DNA of 64,000 bases, taken from a phage. Every line of letters starts with the position of its first letter. Position 1 is the first letter of the stretch. Positions 10,328 through 19,084 of the stretch are shown piece after piece. The notes beneath the pieces were generated by a model. The model was not told where the DNA came from. It did no database searches and saw only the letters and a program-made list of their open reading frames with translations. A program made the translations under genes and the position numbers. The stretch lies in the sequence record PZ445530.1, one strand, 5' to 3'.

Positions 10328-11550
10328 GCGTTATTCAACAATTCGCTAACCCGATGAATCCGCGTGAAACTGTTTTACTGGCTCACGGCATGATTAAACG
10401 CGTCAGCATCAAGCCTATCAAAGGTGCTGATCCTACAACAGGTATTAAAACCACTGTGTGGCAAGGTAAGAAAATTGAGTCCAGCCACACCATCTCTTTA
10501 CTGATTTCTGAACTGGATTCCTCTGATAACCTACTTCAAGGTGGTGAAGAAGTTTGGATCAGTATGGGCGATAAGCTGCTTAAACCGGGTCATCAAGACT
10601 CTGTCTCTGTTAAAATTGATGACAAGTGGGAAACCGTAACGCCAGGATGGATCGTAAATATCCCTTTGAAGGCAAACGAGCATAACGGTAAGACCTACTA
10701 CAAAGGCTCACTGGCTAAGATGGTTAAGCTGGGTGCAGGAGAGGCTCCAGCAGCGACTCAGCAGCAAAAACAGCAACAAGGTGCACAATCACAAGGCCAG
10801 AAGCAGAAACCTCAGCAGAATGCCAATCAGGACGTTTTACGCATCTATGGTGATGTGACTCAGATTGTTGGCAACGTGGTTACTGTTAATGACCACAAGA
10901 TTGGCGAAGGTGCTATGGTTGTAACTGATGAGCAGCTTAAAGACCTGGTGGTAGGTGGTCGTGTTGCAGCCATTGTTGACAAAGACACCGGAAACATTAT
11001 CAGTGGTTTCAAAGCCTATCCTCCTAAGGCAGAGAACGGTACTCAAGGCTCTGGTGGCAAGCGTAAATCCTCTTACGACCCTATCGGTGTGGAAACGGGG
11101 CATAGCATCAATGCGTTGCAAATCATCCTGGATCGCGGGTTTAAGGTAGACGACCCACTAGGAGTGGCTAAAACACTACACGTAGTCACTATTGAGCTTA
11201 AGAAAGAGTATGCTCAAGCCACCAACCGAACTGAAGATGAAGTAGGTGCCAGTGTCGGTAATGCGGTGTTGAACGCTTGTCGCCGTATTGACAAGAAAAC
11301 GAAAGTTGATGATTTTGCAGCGGCAATTACTGCAGAAGCAAAAGATGTCTTGACTAATCTGGCTGAGCCGTTGTACGATTGGATCAAGAACGGTGCTGGG
11401 TCAACTGACCATCAAGAACCTCAGGCTGCCAAACAGGAAGCAGCTCCACAGCAAAACACTGTAGACGCTCCTCCTGTAAATGATGGGGAAGATGACCCGA
11501 TGGATCAGAATCCAGCACAGTACGCCTTTGATGATGACATCCCATTCTAA
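10324..11550 (+). CDS. putative single-stranded DNA-binding protein
   Basis: Q-rich linker and C-terminal acidic tail ...FDDDIPF identical in type to bacterial SSB tail; location in replication module. Confidence 0.45.
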   Translation: MSVIQQFANPMNPRETVLLAHGMIKRVSIKPIKGADPTTGIKTTVWQGKKIESSHTISLLISELDSSDNLLQGGEEVWISMGDKLLKPGHQDSVSVKIDDKWETVTPGWIVNIPLKANEHNGKTYYKGSLAKMVKLGAGEAPAATQQQKQQQGAQSQGQKQKPQQNANQDVLRIYGDVTQIVGNVVTVNDHKIGEGAMVVTDEQLKDLVVGGRVAAIVDKDTGNIISGFKAYPPKAENGTQGSGGKRKSSYDPIGVETGHSINALQIILDRGFKVDDPLGVAKTLHVVTIELKKEYAQATNRTEDEVGASVGNAVLNACRRIDKKTKVDDFAAAITAEAKDVLTNLAEPLYDWIKNGAGSTDHQEPQAAKQEAAPQQNTVDAPPVNDGEDDPMDQNPAQYAFDDDIPF

Positions 11551-11565
11551 CATCTAGTTAACATA

Positions 11566-11593
11566 GCCCTGCCCGAAAGGGTGGGGCATTTTT
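11566..11593 (+). terminator. rho-independent terminator
   Basis: same GCCCTGCCC-GAAA-GGGTGGGGC hairpin as at 578, followed by T-run. Confidence 0.6.
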
Positions 11594-11612
11594 GTATAAG
11601 GAGATCTGAAAA

Positions 11613-12029
11613 ATGACATTAGAAGATATCATTGTTAAACCTGAGAACTATGACCAATACAACCTGTCAACTCAATCTGTAGACCTTGGATGCGCCACAG
11701 TTAGTGCGTGGCTGGTTAACGGAAAAGAGCTGGACAAGTGCTTAGAAGCTCACATGTCTGTTAACAAGTTTCTGGATGAAAATACTCACTGGCTGGAAGG
11801 TGCAGGCGTATATGCTTCATGGTTGGAGAGCATGGGCTTTGACTATCAATCTGATGAAGGGTGGTGGAGCTATCTAGCTATCTGTCCAGAAACACGGCAA
11901 TGCTTCATGAAATACTCTGAAGATCTTGAGTACCGAGCGGTGGTTGATAGTGCTATTGCCCGTTATAGCCGTAAACCTTTTTCCCACGACATTAAAACTG
12001 TGGAAGAATTTGTTGAAGTTTTCTGTTGA
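11613..12029 (+). CDS. hypothetical protein
   Basis: 138-aa ORF, SD AAGGAG. Confidence 0.5.
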   Translation: MTLEDIIVKPENYDQYNLSTQSVDLGCATVSAWLVNGKELDKCLEAHMSVNKFLDENTHWLEGAGVYASWLESMGFDYQSDEGWWSYLAICPETRQCFMKYSEDLEYRAVVDSAIARYSRKPFSHDIKTVEEFVEVFC

Positions 12030-12125
12030 CACAGGTTGAAAGGTGTGCAATTATAACTTCATATAACGGGAGGACGCGATGAACGAAGAAAACTGGGATG
12101 TATAACTAACAGGAGGCCACTGCCC

Positions 12126-12323
12126 ATGATTTATCGAATCCGTGTAAGAGAAGATGCACCAGGCTGTTACTTTGACTGGCGTGGGTGGTGGTTTCTCCAC
12201 CCAATGGATGGACTCACAGATAGAATGCTGGATGCTGCCCTTTATACAGATACCGACATAGAATATAATCTCTATCTGAAGGACGGTATAGATAACGGTC
12301 TATTTGAAGCAATTCCTGTGTAA
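12126..12323 (+). CDS. hypothetical protein
   Basis: 65-aa ORF, SD AGGAGG. Confidence 0.45.
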   Translation: MIYRIRVREDAPGCYFDWRGWWFLHPMDGLTDRMLDAALYTDTDIEYNLYLKDGIDNGLFEAIPV

Positions 12324-12388
12324 GAGACTGTGATAGCCATGTTTTATGATCTTCCTGTAGCACCACCTGTTGAACCTAGAGAACTAAG

Positions 12389-12814
12389 ATGATCTATGAA
12401 ATGCCAAAACTGATTCGTGACGATGCCCAAAACGCTAACACCATTATTATGGGCAAACGCATGGATATTATTTGTCATAAAGATTTCTGGGAAGGGAGTT
12501 ACTTCACAGAGTATTTTGGTAAACTGGACAATGGTCTGCTGATCCAGTTCTACACCGATGCGGAAAACAATATCTGCTGGGAGTTCGAAACTGAAGATAT
12601 CCATAAACTTTTCACCTTCCTAGGTATTAAGGTTGAGGCCAAGTTCGAAGAAGGTGAGTGCGACGATTGTGGATTCTACGAGGTAACAGATTTCTATCTC
12701 CCAAGTGGTGAGAACCTTTACTATGAAAGCCACTTCGGTAACTCCAATATGCCACAGTGCTGGACTGAGTTTTTTGAAATTGCGGAAGAGGAGCTGGCAT
12801 ACCGTGATTATTGA
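12389..12814 (+). CDS. hypothetical protein
   Basis: 141-aa ORF. Confidence 0.5.
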   Translation: MIYEMPKLIRDDAQNANTIIMGKRMDIICHKDFWEGSYFTEYFGKLDNGLLIQFYTDAENNICWEFETEDIHKLFTFLGIKVEAKFEEGECDDCGFYEVTDFYLPSGENLYYESHFGNSNMPQCWTEFFEIAEEELAYRDY

Positions 12815-13262
12815 TACTGTAGAGGGAGATTTAATCTCCCTTTTTAAGAGCGGTGCTGGTCACCTGATCCACGGTTGTAACTGCTTCCACACAATGGGCA
12901 AGGGGATAGCAAAACAGATTTCCCGTGAGTTCCCTCAAGCATTGGCAGCTGACAAAGAGACTAGATATGGTTGCCTAAGTAAACTGGGTGCGTTCTCCCG
13001 ATGGGAGCACTTATCTCCGAGAGGTATTGTCTACGGAATCAATCTGTATACTCAGTTCTACCCAGGACCTAATGCTGAATATTTCTCAATTCTGAAAGGC
13101 TTTGAGCTAGTCAATGAGGTATTCAGTAGATCGACTTTACCATTCTACATCCCTAAGATCGGGTGCGGCATAGGCGGTTTGAAGTGGGAGCACGTAGAGG
13201 ACGTTATTAACCTTGCCACTTTTGATATGGATATTATCGTGGTAGACTACAAAAAGTGTTGA
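12804..13262 (+). CDS. macro-domain protein (ADP-ribose / Appr-1''-p processing), putative GTG start overlapping upstream stop
   Basis: VEGDLISLFKSGAGHLIHGCNCFHTMGKGIAKQI and IPKIGCGIGG resemble macro-domain motifs. Confidence 0.45.
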   Translation: MIIDTVEGDLISLFKSGAGHLIHGCNCFHTMGKGIAKQISREFPQALAADKETRYGCLSKLGAFSRWEHLSPRGIVYGINLYTQFYPGPNAEYFSILKGFELVNEVFSRSTLPFYIPKIGCGIGGLKWEHVEDVINLATFDMDIIVVDYKKC

Positions 13263-13315
13263 CAGCTGGTTTTTGGGATGGTGTAGTCACCACAACGATT
13301 GAGATAGGGAGCACT

Positions 13316-13486
13316 ATGGAGACTAAAATCTTAATTCTAGCTGTGATAGATACAACCGAAGGGGCTGTGTTCGAATCTGCAGGAGGGTATTTCTACCTAC
13401 CCTACGGAAAAAGAACTGCTGAACCAGGTAAAGATTCAATCATCAAAGTGTTCCCGTGTGCTTTCTGGCTGGAGATTTTGGTATAA
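13316..13486 (+). CDS. hypothetical protein
   Basis: ATG after GGGAG SD. Confidence 0.4.
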   Translation: METKILILAVIDTTEGAVFESAGGYFYLPYGKRTAEPGKDSIIKVFPCAFWLEILV

Positions 13487-13512
13487 GATTGCAGAGGATT
13501 TGGGAGAGAATT

Positions 13513-13707
13513 ATGAGAAACAAGAGAGAGCTTTACTCTGGCGAGTGGATAAACGATCAACAGGTTGGAGAGGTAACCTGCTTCCGGTGTTTTACTCGGT
13601 ACAATCTTAAAACTGCACCAAAAAGTATTCCAAAGACTGATGGTTATTACATAAAAGAACCTCATTGCCCGAAATGTAAATGCCGATTATACTGGAGCAA
13701 CCTGTAA
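13513..13707 (+). CDS. zinc-ribbon protein
   Basis: CFRC ... CPKCKC cysteine pairs; SD GGGAGAG. Confidence 0.45.
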   Translation: MRNKRELYSGEWINDQQVGEVTCFRCFTRYNLKTAPKSIPKTDGYYIKEPHCPKCKCRLYWSNL

Positions 13708-13770
13708 AAGATTGACATCTGAAAACTACAGTGTATAATATACGCACAGACTAACAGAGAGCGATGTATT

Positions 13771-13962
13771 ATGGTAATTTTTAACCGGGATGGTATCATA
13801 GTTAGACAGCACCCCTTCCTTGAATACTATCAAATTGAGCAATGGTGCTACGGGGATTGCAGTCACTCCTATGGGCAAAGTTGGGGATATCGCACAGTTT
13901 TTGAATCAACAGACCTTGACAAAGTAAGACAGAAAGTTTTAGAACTTATTAACAACAAGTGA
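13771..13962 (+). CDS. hypothetical protein
   Basis: 63-aa ORF. Confidence 0.4.
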   Translation: MVIFNRDGIIVRQHPFLEYYQIEQWCYGDCSHSYGQSWGYRTVFESTDLDKVRQKVLELINNK

Positions 13963-13971
13963 GTATGATAC

Positions 13972-14304
13972 ATGGTAACATTAGAAAGACGTAAAGCTAT
14001 CGCCGCCACACTGGCAGACATCTTTTGGGATTGCAACTTAAAAGATACCCGAAATTGTGGCGCATCTGTAGATGTATTATTCCCACGGCCCACCATTGTT
14101 GCAATGGGAAACCTGTTAAACGTAGTGTACGGAGCATGGGACAAAGAAGGTGGATTCTATATCTGGCAACCTGACTACGGAGCCTGGAAAGAGGTAAGGG
14201 GTGCGGATGACTTTGGGCCTACAGTTGCTAAGATGGATGGCTGGGAAATTTATGTTGGAAACGACATGAAGCTGAAAGGCGAGATTGTTTACTGGTTACC
14301 TTAA
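13972..14304 (+). CDS. hypothetical protein
   Basis: 110-aa ORF. Confidence 0.5.
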   Translation: MVTLERRKAIAATLADIFWDCNLKDTRNCGASVDVLFPRPTIVAMGNLLNVVYGAWDKEGGFYIWQPDYGAWKEVRGADDFGPTVAKMDGWEIYVGNDMKLKGEIVYWLP

Positions 14305-14324
14305 GAAAGTGCAGGAGATAAAGT

Positions 14325-14570
14325 ATGAACAAAGGGTGGACATTTGTAGACGGCGTTAAAAACATGCCTCTAGGAAAGTATATCGTAGCCATGGCTGATG
14401 AGGATGGCAATGTAGATTTCGGAGCTTGCGAGGTTGTTCTTGCAGGATCTGGTAACTATGTGAGTAAAACCGGGATAATTAACGGTCAGTTCTACTTTGA
14501 TCACAACCCTGTTGTAGCGTATATGACTATGCCAGAGTTCAAGTTCCCAAAGGAGGGTGCAGATGTTTAA
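14325..14570 (+). CDS. hypothetical protein
   Basis: 81-aa ORF, SD AGGAGA. Confidence 0.5.
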   Translation: MNKGWTFVDGVKNMPLGKYIVAMADEDGNVDFGACEVVLAGSGNYVSKTGIINGQFYFDHNPVVAYMTMPEFKFPKEGADV

Positions 14571-14760
14571 GCTTAAATCTGCATGGAACATCGCTGTGGG
14601 GGACGAGATCCGTATCCCAGGTGGAAAGACCATTATGAAGATATCTCGTATTGAGTACGAAGGTGACCGTGTATTCCACATCCTCGCAGAAGATGGTCGA
14701 GAAATTTATATACAGGCAGGTTCTCACATTTATATCCGTAAGAAAGGGGACGACAAATGA
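14557..14760 (+). CDS. hypothetical protein
   Basis: 67-aa ORF, SD AGGAGGG. Confidence 0.5.
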   Translation: MQMFKLKSAWNIAVGDEIRIPGGKTIMKISRIEYEGDRVFHILAEDGREIYIQAGSHIYIRKKGDDK

Positions 14761-15086
14761 CAGAGATCATCATTTCAACTGCAGGGTATGTGTTCCTGAC
14801 AATCATTGCACTGACTATTTTGGTGACAGTGTATGGGTTTGTTATCCTTCCTATCCTTGAGACATTTAGTTTGTGTCGGTGTTGGAGAAAAGCTTACGGT
14901 CCACAACCATGGAAGGACTGGCCCCACCTGGTGCGCTTAGCGTTCTCTTATGCTTACGATCACTCCAGTAGTGCATGCATAACCGGATACCACGCCCACA
15001 ACTGGAGCTGGGAAGGATTGAGGAAATGGAATGTTACAAAGACCATACCTCTACGCATGTACAAACCTAAAAACAAAGACAGCTGA
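14757..15086 (+). CDS. putative membrane protein
   Basis: N-terminal hydrophobic segment IISTAGYVFLTIIALTILVTVYGFVILPIL. Confidence 0.5.
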   Translation: MTEIIISTAGYVFLTIIALTILVTVYGFVILPILETFSLCRCWRKAYGPQPWKDWPHLVRLAFSYAYDHSSSACITGYHAHNWSWEGLRKWNVTKTIPLRMYKPKNKDS

Positions 15087-15119
15087 TACTTGAAAATTCC
15101 TGGCATATCAAGTGTAAGG

Positions 15120-15700
15120 GGGATTTCTAAAATGGATTTCCTCCTTTTGATATTTCACCGGGCTGGATATTTTAAAATTCTTAGAAAATCAGAAAATGGA
15201 TCGAAAACTAAAATGGATTTTTCAGAGTAGGCGCGACAAGCTGAATAACTCATCCTATCGTTTGCACCATATTCCAGGCCACCATTATAGATTTTCCACA
15301 CATGCTAACCTCCCTCTACTAGAACTTCCTCCACTTGCCCTTAACCTTCTATGGTAACAATCTAACCACTATCTTGAAGTTGCGGTGCAGCTTTCCAAGT
15401 ACTCGATCTGTTTTTCATTTCATGGCTTGGATTTTCTGAAAATTTTTCTCGATAAATTTCTCAGTACTCGATCTGTTTTTCGTTTTCTGAATCGGATTTT
15501 CTGGAAATCGTTCCGGATCTCGACCTGAAATTTTTGGGGACGAAATCGATTTTTCGTTTTCAGAAATGGATTTTTAAAATTTCTATATGGGAATATTTTA
15601 TGGGATACTGTTTTATAGGAAATTGTTACGGAGGGTAATTAGCATGCTAATTAAATTTATTAAATGCGAGGAGTTCTCATTTAGAATTTTGAATGATAAT
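15120..15700. repeat. AT-rich non-coding region with short direct repeats (AAATGGATTT x4, AGTACTCGATCTGTTTTTC x2)
   Basis: no ORF with SD; repeated motifs visible by eye. Confidence 0.5.
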
Positions 15701-15900
15701 CATTCTCGTTTGCAGAATAACGGGCAGGCCCGGTGATTGTCTCCCGGCCCCTGTTGCCCCGGCTTGTTATTATAGTATCACACAGGACAAAGAAAGCAAG
15801 GATTTTTTGCATAAATTTTTAAATGATAATGATAACCGTTCTCATTTTATGCAGCGCCCATCCCCGGTGGTTGTCTTCCCCGTCACCGGTGCCTGCCGTC
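15690..15900 (+). repeat. two copies of an ~80-nt element (AATGATAAT...TTCTC.TTT..GCAG... then GC-rich CCCGG tract)
   Basis: copy 1 ~15690-15770, copy 2 ~15820-15900; followed by three CCTGGCGGGGCC motifs (~15926, ~15989, 23100). Confidence 0.4.
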
Positions 15901-16114
15901 CTTTCGATAGGTATATTGTGCCACCTGGCGGGGCCGCTGTCAACACTTTTCAAAAAATTTTTCTAACCTGATGCGCTAACCGCTGCAACCTGGCGGGGCC
16001 AGCCTGGCAGGACCTAACTGACCAGGTAGGAGAGAATGAAGGCTTGTAAACCTGGTGGGCCTATGCTATAGGACAGGTAACAATTGAAGAGGAGGTACAA
16101 AAATAAAAGGTAAT

Positions 16115-16273
16115 ATGATCCCCCTGGAAAATGTAGCTATTAATGACGCTGAGGCTATCGCCCTGGTTGAAAAGGCCATGGCGGGAGCGTTGGAACATAA
16201 AGAAGAGTACGAAAAAATGATGGTTAACCTGGCAGGGCGGCGGCAGGTGGATTCTATCATAAAAATAATTTAA
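16115..16273 (+). CDS. hypothetical small protein (52 aa)
   Basis: ATG with AAGG SD 5 nt upstream; below ORF-track length cutoff. Confidence 0.35.
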   Translation: MIPLENVAINDAEAIALVEKAMAGALEHKEEYEKMMVNLAGRRQVDSIIKII

Positions 16274-16281
16274 AATAATTG

Positions 16282-16309
16282 TTGACAACCGGGGGAGTCC
16301 TGCTATTCT
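16282..16309 (+). promoter_or_regulatory. sigma70-type promoter
   Basis: TTGACA-16nt-TATTCT. Confidence 0.5.
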
Positions 16310-16361
16310 TACCCTACAAGGTGAACAACACCGCACTAACTAGTAAAGAGGATAAAAAATC

Positions 16362-16559
16362 ATGAACGCATACGGAATCAAAGTACGTCGCAACACTCGC
16401 CAGGTGGTCACCGATCAAGTGGTTTGCCTGGTGGATGTAACCATCAACAACGGGCAAGGCCTTTATAAATTTCGTCGCGGTCATAGCTATACCCTGCAAC
16501 AGCTTAATCGTTGCGCCCTGACAAAAGGTCAGATCAATCACTGGTTTAATAAAAAATAA
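16362..16559 (+). CDS. hypothetical protein
   Basis: 65-aa ORF, SD AAAGAGGA. Confidence 0.55.
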   Translation: MNAYGIKVRRNTRQVVTDQVVCLVDVTINNGQGLYKFRRGHSYTLQQLNRCALTKGQINHWFNKK

Positions 16560-16562
16560 GTA

Positions 16563-16591
16563 TTGACATACGCCCCGACACAAAATATACT
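16563..16591 (+). promoter_or_regulatory. sigma70-type promoter
   Basis: TTGACA-17nt-TATACT. Confidence 0.55.
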
Positions 16592-16623
16592 GAAATCACA
16601 AAAGACACTAAGAGGATAAAATC

Positions 16624-17022
16624 ATGAAAACCACAACCTTTAATTTTGACAATGCCGACTTCTCTTTTTCTGATGTCAAGAACTGCCGCCGTGATCGTGG
16701 ATTTTACAAGGCTTATAATCTGGTTGGCCTGGACGATGATAATAATTTGCACGAAGTAGCGGAGATCCGGTACTATGCCGCCGCCAGCGGTAACACTAAC
16801 TACTGCGTTTTTTGGATACACGACAACAAGAACAATAAGTACGGTTATACTGGCGGCAAGGCGAGCGGTCACGGTTATGATAAAGCTAACGCAGCACTTG
16901 AGAGCGCATTAAATGCTATGGGGATCACTGCCAACGGCTGGATCTACGAAGAAGAGTTTTTGTCGGCACTTGCTGACCACCTAGGCTATAAAAAGCACAT
17001 TGTAACATGTGCCCACGAATAA
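16624..17022 (+). CDS. hypothetical protein
   Basis: 132-aa ORF, SD AAGAGGA. Confidence 0.55.
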   Translation: MKTTTFNFDNADFSFSDVKNCRRDRGFYKAYNLVGLDDDNNLHEVAEIRYYAAASGNTNYCVFWIHDNKNNKYGYTGGKASGHGYDKANAALESALNAMGITANGWIYEEEFLSALADHLGYKKHIVTCAHE

Positions 17023-17029
17023 AAAATTA

Positions 17030-17057
17030 TTGACACGCTGCAAAATTCAAGTAAACT
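17030..17057 (+). promoter_or_regulatory. sigma70-type promoter followed by 5'UTR hairpin GGCGGGG-atgttt-CCCGCC (~17068-17086)
   Basis: TTGACA-16nt-TAAACT. Confidence 0.5.
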
Positions 17058-17105
17058 AGACACAAAAGGCGGGGATGTTTCCCGCCAGCACAAAGGAAAA
17101 AGATC

Positions 17106-17510
17106 ATGAATAAGAACGTACGCCGCATCATGAACGAACTGGCAAACGATGAAAAAATTATTGACATGCATTTATTCAACATTTGCCGCCGTTGTGTAAC
17201 ATATAACAACCGCGCCGCAAAAGCGCGTGAGATGAACGCAAAAGGCACCTTAAAGCCATTCCAGGTGGTGGTAAAGGCCATTAAAGATGTAACTAATACG
17301 GCAAACCAGGTACAGGGGAACACCAACGAGAGTACCAATATTGATCCGGCTTACATCATGAAACGGATCCGGACCTGCAAGAACAAAGAGCAAGTGTATA
17401 ATATCATAGACTGGTTGGATTCTATGGGCGATGTGGTTTACAATAGGTTTTCTGCAGCTATCGAGATCCAGCTTGACAGGTTGGACGGTAAAGTACTGAA
17501 AACTTACTAA
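17106..17510 (+). CDS. hypothetical protein
   Basis: 134-aa ORF, SD AAGGAAA. Confidence 0.55.
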   Translation: MNKNVRRIMNELANDEKIIDMHLFNICRRCVTYNNRAAKAREMNAKGTLKPFQVVVKAIKDVTNTANQVQGNTNESTNIDPAYIMKRIRTCKNKEQVYNIIDWLDSMGDVVYNRFSAAIEIQLDRLDGKVLKTY

Positions 17511-17512
17511 GT

Positions 17513-17560
17513 TTATTTTTAGATGGCCTTGACTTCAGGGCCATCAATAAAGTAAACTAA
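17513..17560 (+). repeat. repeated intergenic element containing hairpin GATGGCC-TTGACTTCA-GGGCCATC and promoter-like TTGACT/TAAACT (copy 1)
   Basis: near-identical copies at ~18134-18180 and ~21853-21898; variant at ~18472-18520. Confidence 0.55.
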
Positions 17561-17591
17561 TCTCAACTAAGCGAAAAAAGGGGGCTTTAAG

Positions 17592-17711
17592 ATGAGCACT
17601 ACACGCCAATACACAAAGGTAACTATTATCGTTTGCGTTGTCGGTTACATCCTGGCGCAAATGTTAATGAGTAGCGCTAACAGTTTTGCAAAATTTTTCT
17701 TAAATTTTTAA
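17592..17711 (+). CDS. small hydrophobic peptide (39 aa)
   Basis: ATG after AAGGGGG SD; TM-like TIIVCVVGYILAQMLM. Confidence 0.35.
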   Translation: MSTTRQYTKVTIIVCVVGYILAQMLMSSANSFAKFFLNF

Positions 17712-17739
17712 TTGACAAACTAACTTAGATCGATATACT
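17712..17739 (+). promoter_or_regulatory. sigma70-type promoter
   Basis: TTGACA-16nt-TATACT; hairpin GGGAAaactTCCC in 5'UTR. Confidence 0.55.
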
Positions 17740-17790
17740 TAAACACGTAAACGGGAAAACTTCCCAGAGCACACAAAAGGAGAAAACACC

Positions 17791-18132
17791 ATGACTACTA
17801 TGACCGCCGCAGAAAAAGCTATGCAGATCGCCGCGCTGAAAAAACAGATCGCAGACCTTGAGAACAAGATCGACAACTTTGAAATCGACGAGGACAAGTA
17901 CGACGAAAACTATGATGAATGGTTAGACGAGATCTACGGCGAAATTATGATCGGAAACATTTCTTTTCTTCCGTCGCGTATCCTCAAGGAGCTAGATCCT
18001 ATCGCTTACCGCTGCGGATTTAGCGACTACATCGACAGCCTGGATATTGAGGAAGATGAAGAATACCAGGAACTACAGACAGAGTTAGAAGAAGCAAAAG
18101 AAGAGCTTGCGGAGCTGGAAGAAAACGAGTAA
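17791..18132 (+). CDS. highly acidic coiled-coil protein
   Basis: 113 aa, about one third Asp/Glu; SD AAGGAGA. Confidence 0.55.
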   Translation: MTTMTAAEKAMQIAALKKQIADLENKIDNFEIDEDKYDENYDEWLDEIYGEIMIGNISFLPSRILKELDPIAYRCGFSDYIDSLDIEEDEEYQELQTELEEAKEELAELEENE

Positions 18133-18133
18133 G

Positions 18134-18180
18134 ATTATTTTTAGATGGCCTTGACTCCAGGGCCATCAATAAAGTAAACT
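18134..18180 (+). repeat. repeated hairpin/promoter-like element (copy 2)
   Basis: ATTATTTTTAGATGGCCTTGACTCCAGGGCCATCAATAAAGTAAACT. Confidence 0.55.
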
Positions 18181-18221
18181 TTATACTGTTAACACTGAAC
18201 TAATTCAGAGGAGTTAAAACC

Positions 18222-18467
18222 ATGGCAGCACTAATCACCAAATATTATGCCCCTACCAACACCAAAAGCGCCCGTATCATGGTAAAAGGCTTCGGACGTA
18301 AAAAGGTTTACACCTGGGATTATGCCTTAGACATGGAAGACAACTACACCAACGCGATGACCGATTTTATTAATGATCTGAACACGCGGATCTTGACAAA
18401 TTATAAAATTACCGATATTGCCTATATAGGGGAAGGCGGGATCTGTTTTGTCGGTATCGTCAAATAA
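18222..18467 (+). CDS. hypothetical protein
   Basis: 81-aa ORF, SD GAGGAG. Confidence 0.55.
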   Translation: MAALITKYYAPTNTKSARIMVKGFGRKKVYTWDYALDMEDNYTNAMTDFINDLNTRILTNYKITDIAYIGEGGICFVGIVK

Positions 18468-18542
18468 GCTGTTTTTTCGGTGGTCCTGGTAGCAGGGCCA
18501 TCTATAAAGATAGTTTATCAACACAATGAAAGGAGAAAGTAC

Positions 18543-18890
18543 ATGATCAGCGGGGCAAGTTTTATTATTGGCGCTATTGCTACGGCTTTAATTGTAAACA
18601 AGATCCAATCTAAAAACGAAAAAGAGAGCAACGCGCTCACAGAATACCCATTTTGGGTATTCAACGACAATGAAGACTACATTATCAAGTACAAGAATGA
18701 GAAGGGCGACCAGGTAACACCGCGACCGATCCCGGCCTACAAGATGCAAGAAACACTATACCGCCTAAAGGCTGGAGGCGCAAAAATCGTAGACTTTTGG
18801 GGATATGATTGCAAGGATCAGGAGGTTATAAAACGGCGTATCCGGGCTATTCAGGCCAATATTGAAGTTAGCAAGGGGGGGAATATATGA
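18543..18890 (+). CDS. putative membrane-anchored protein
   Basis: ATG after AAAGGAGAAAG SD; N-terminal TM SGASFIIGAIATALIV. Confidence 0.5.
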   Translation: MISGASFIIGAIATALIVNKIQSKNEKESNALTEYPFWVFNDNEDYIIKYKNEKGDQVTPRPIPAYKMQETLYRLKAGGAKIVDFWGYDCKDQEVIKRRIRAIQANIEVSKGGNI

Positions 18891-19084
18891 AGATTAATTT
18901 TGAGAAGATTGTAAAGCGATCTCATGATTCCGAAGAGCTGCCGGAACGACGCCAACGTAACAATAAACTGAATAAGCCAAAAAGATTTGGAAAGATCTGG
19001 CGAAATCATTATGATCGTAAATTGCCTGGCCTACTTTTGGAACGTGAACGACAGGCAGAACGATACCGCCATAAAGACAAATAA
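18887..19084 (+). CDS. small basic protein
   Basis: 65 aa, Arg/Lys-rich; start overlaps upstream stop. Confidence 0.45.
   Translation: MKINFEKIVKRSHDSEELPERRQRNNKLNKPKRFGKIWRNHYDRKLPGLLLERERQAERYRHKDK

Noticed and set aside
15693-15971. 92-aa plus-strand ORF in the repeat region
   Set aside because: Overlaps the duplicated ~80-nt elements, has a Pro/Cys/Gly-rich low-complexity translation and no SD.
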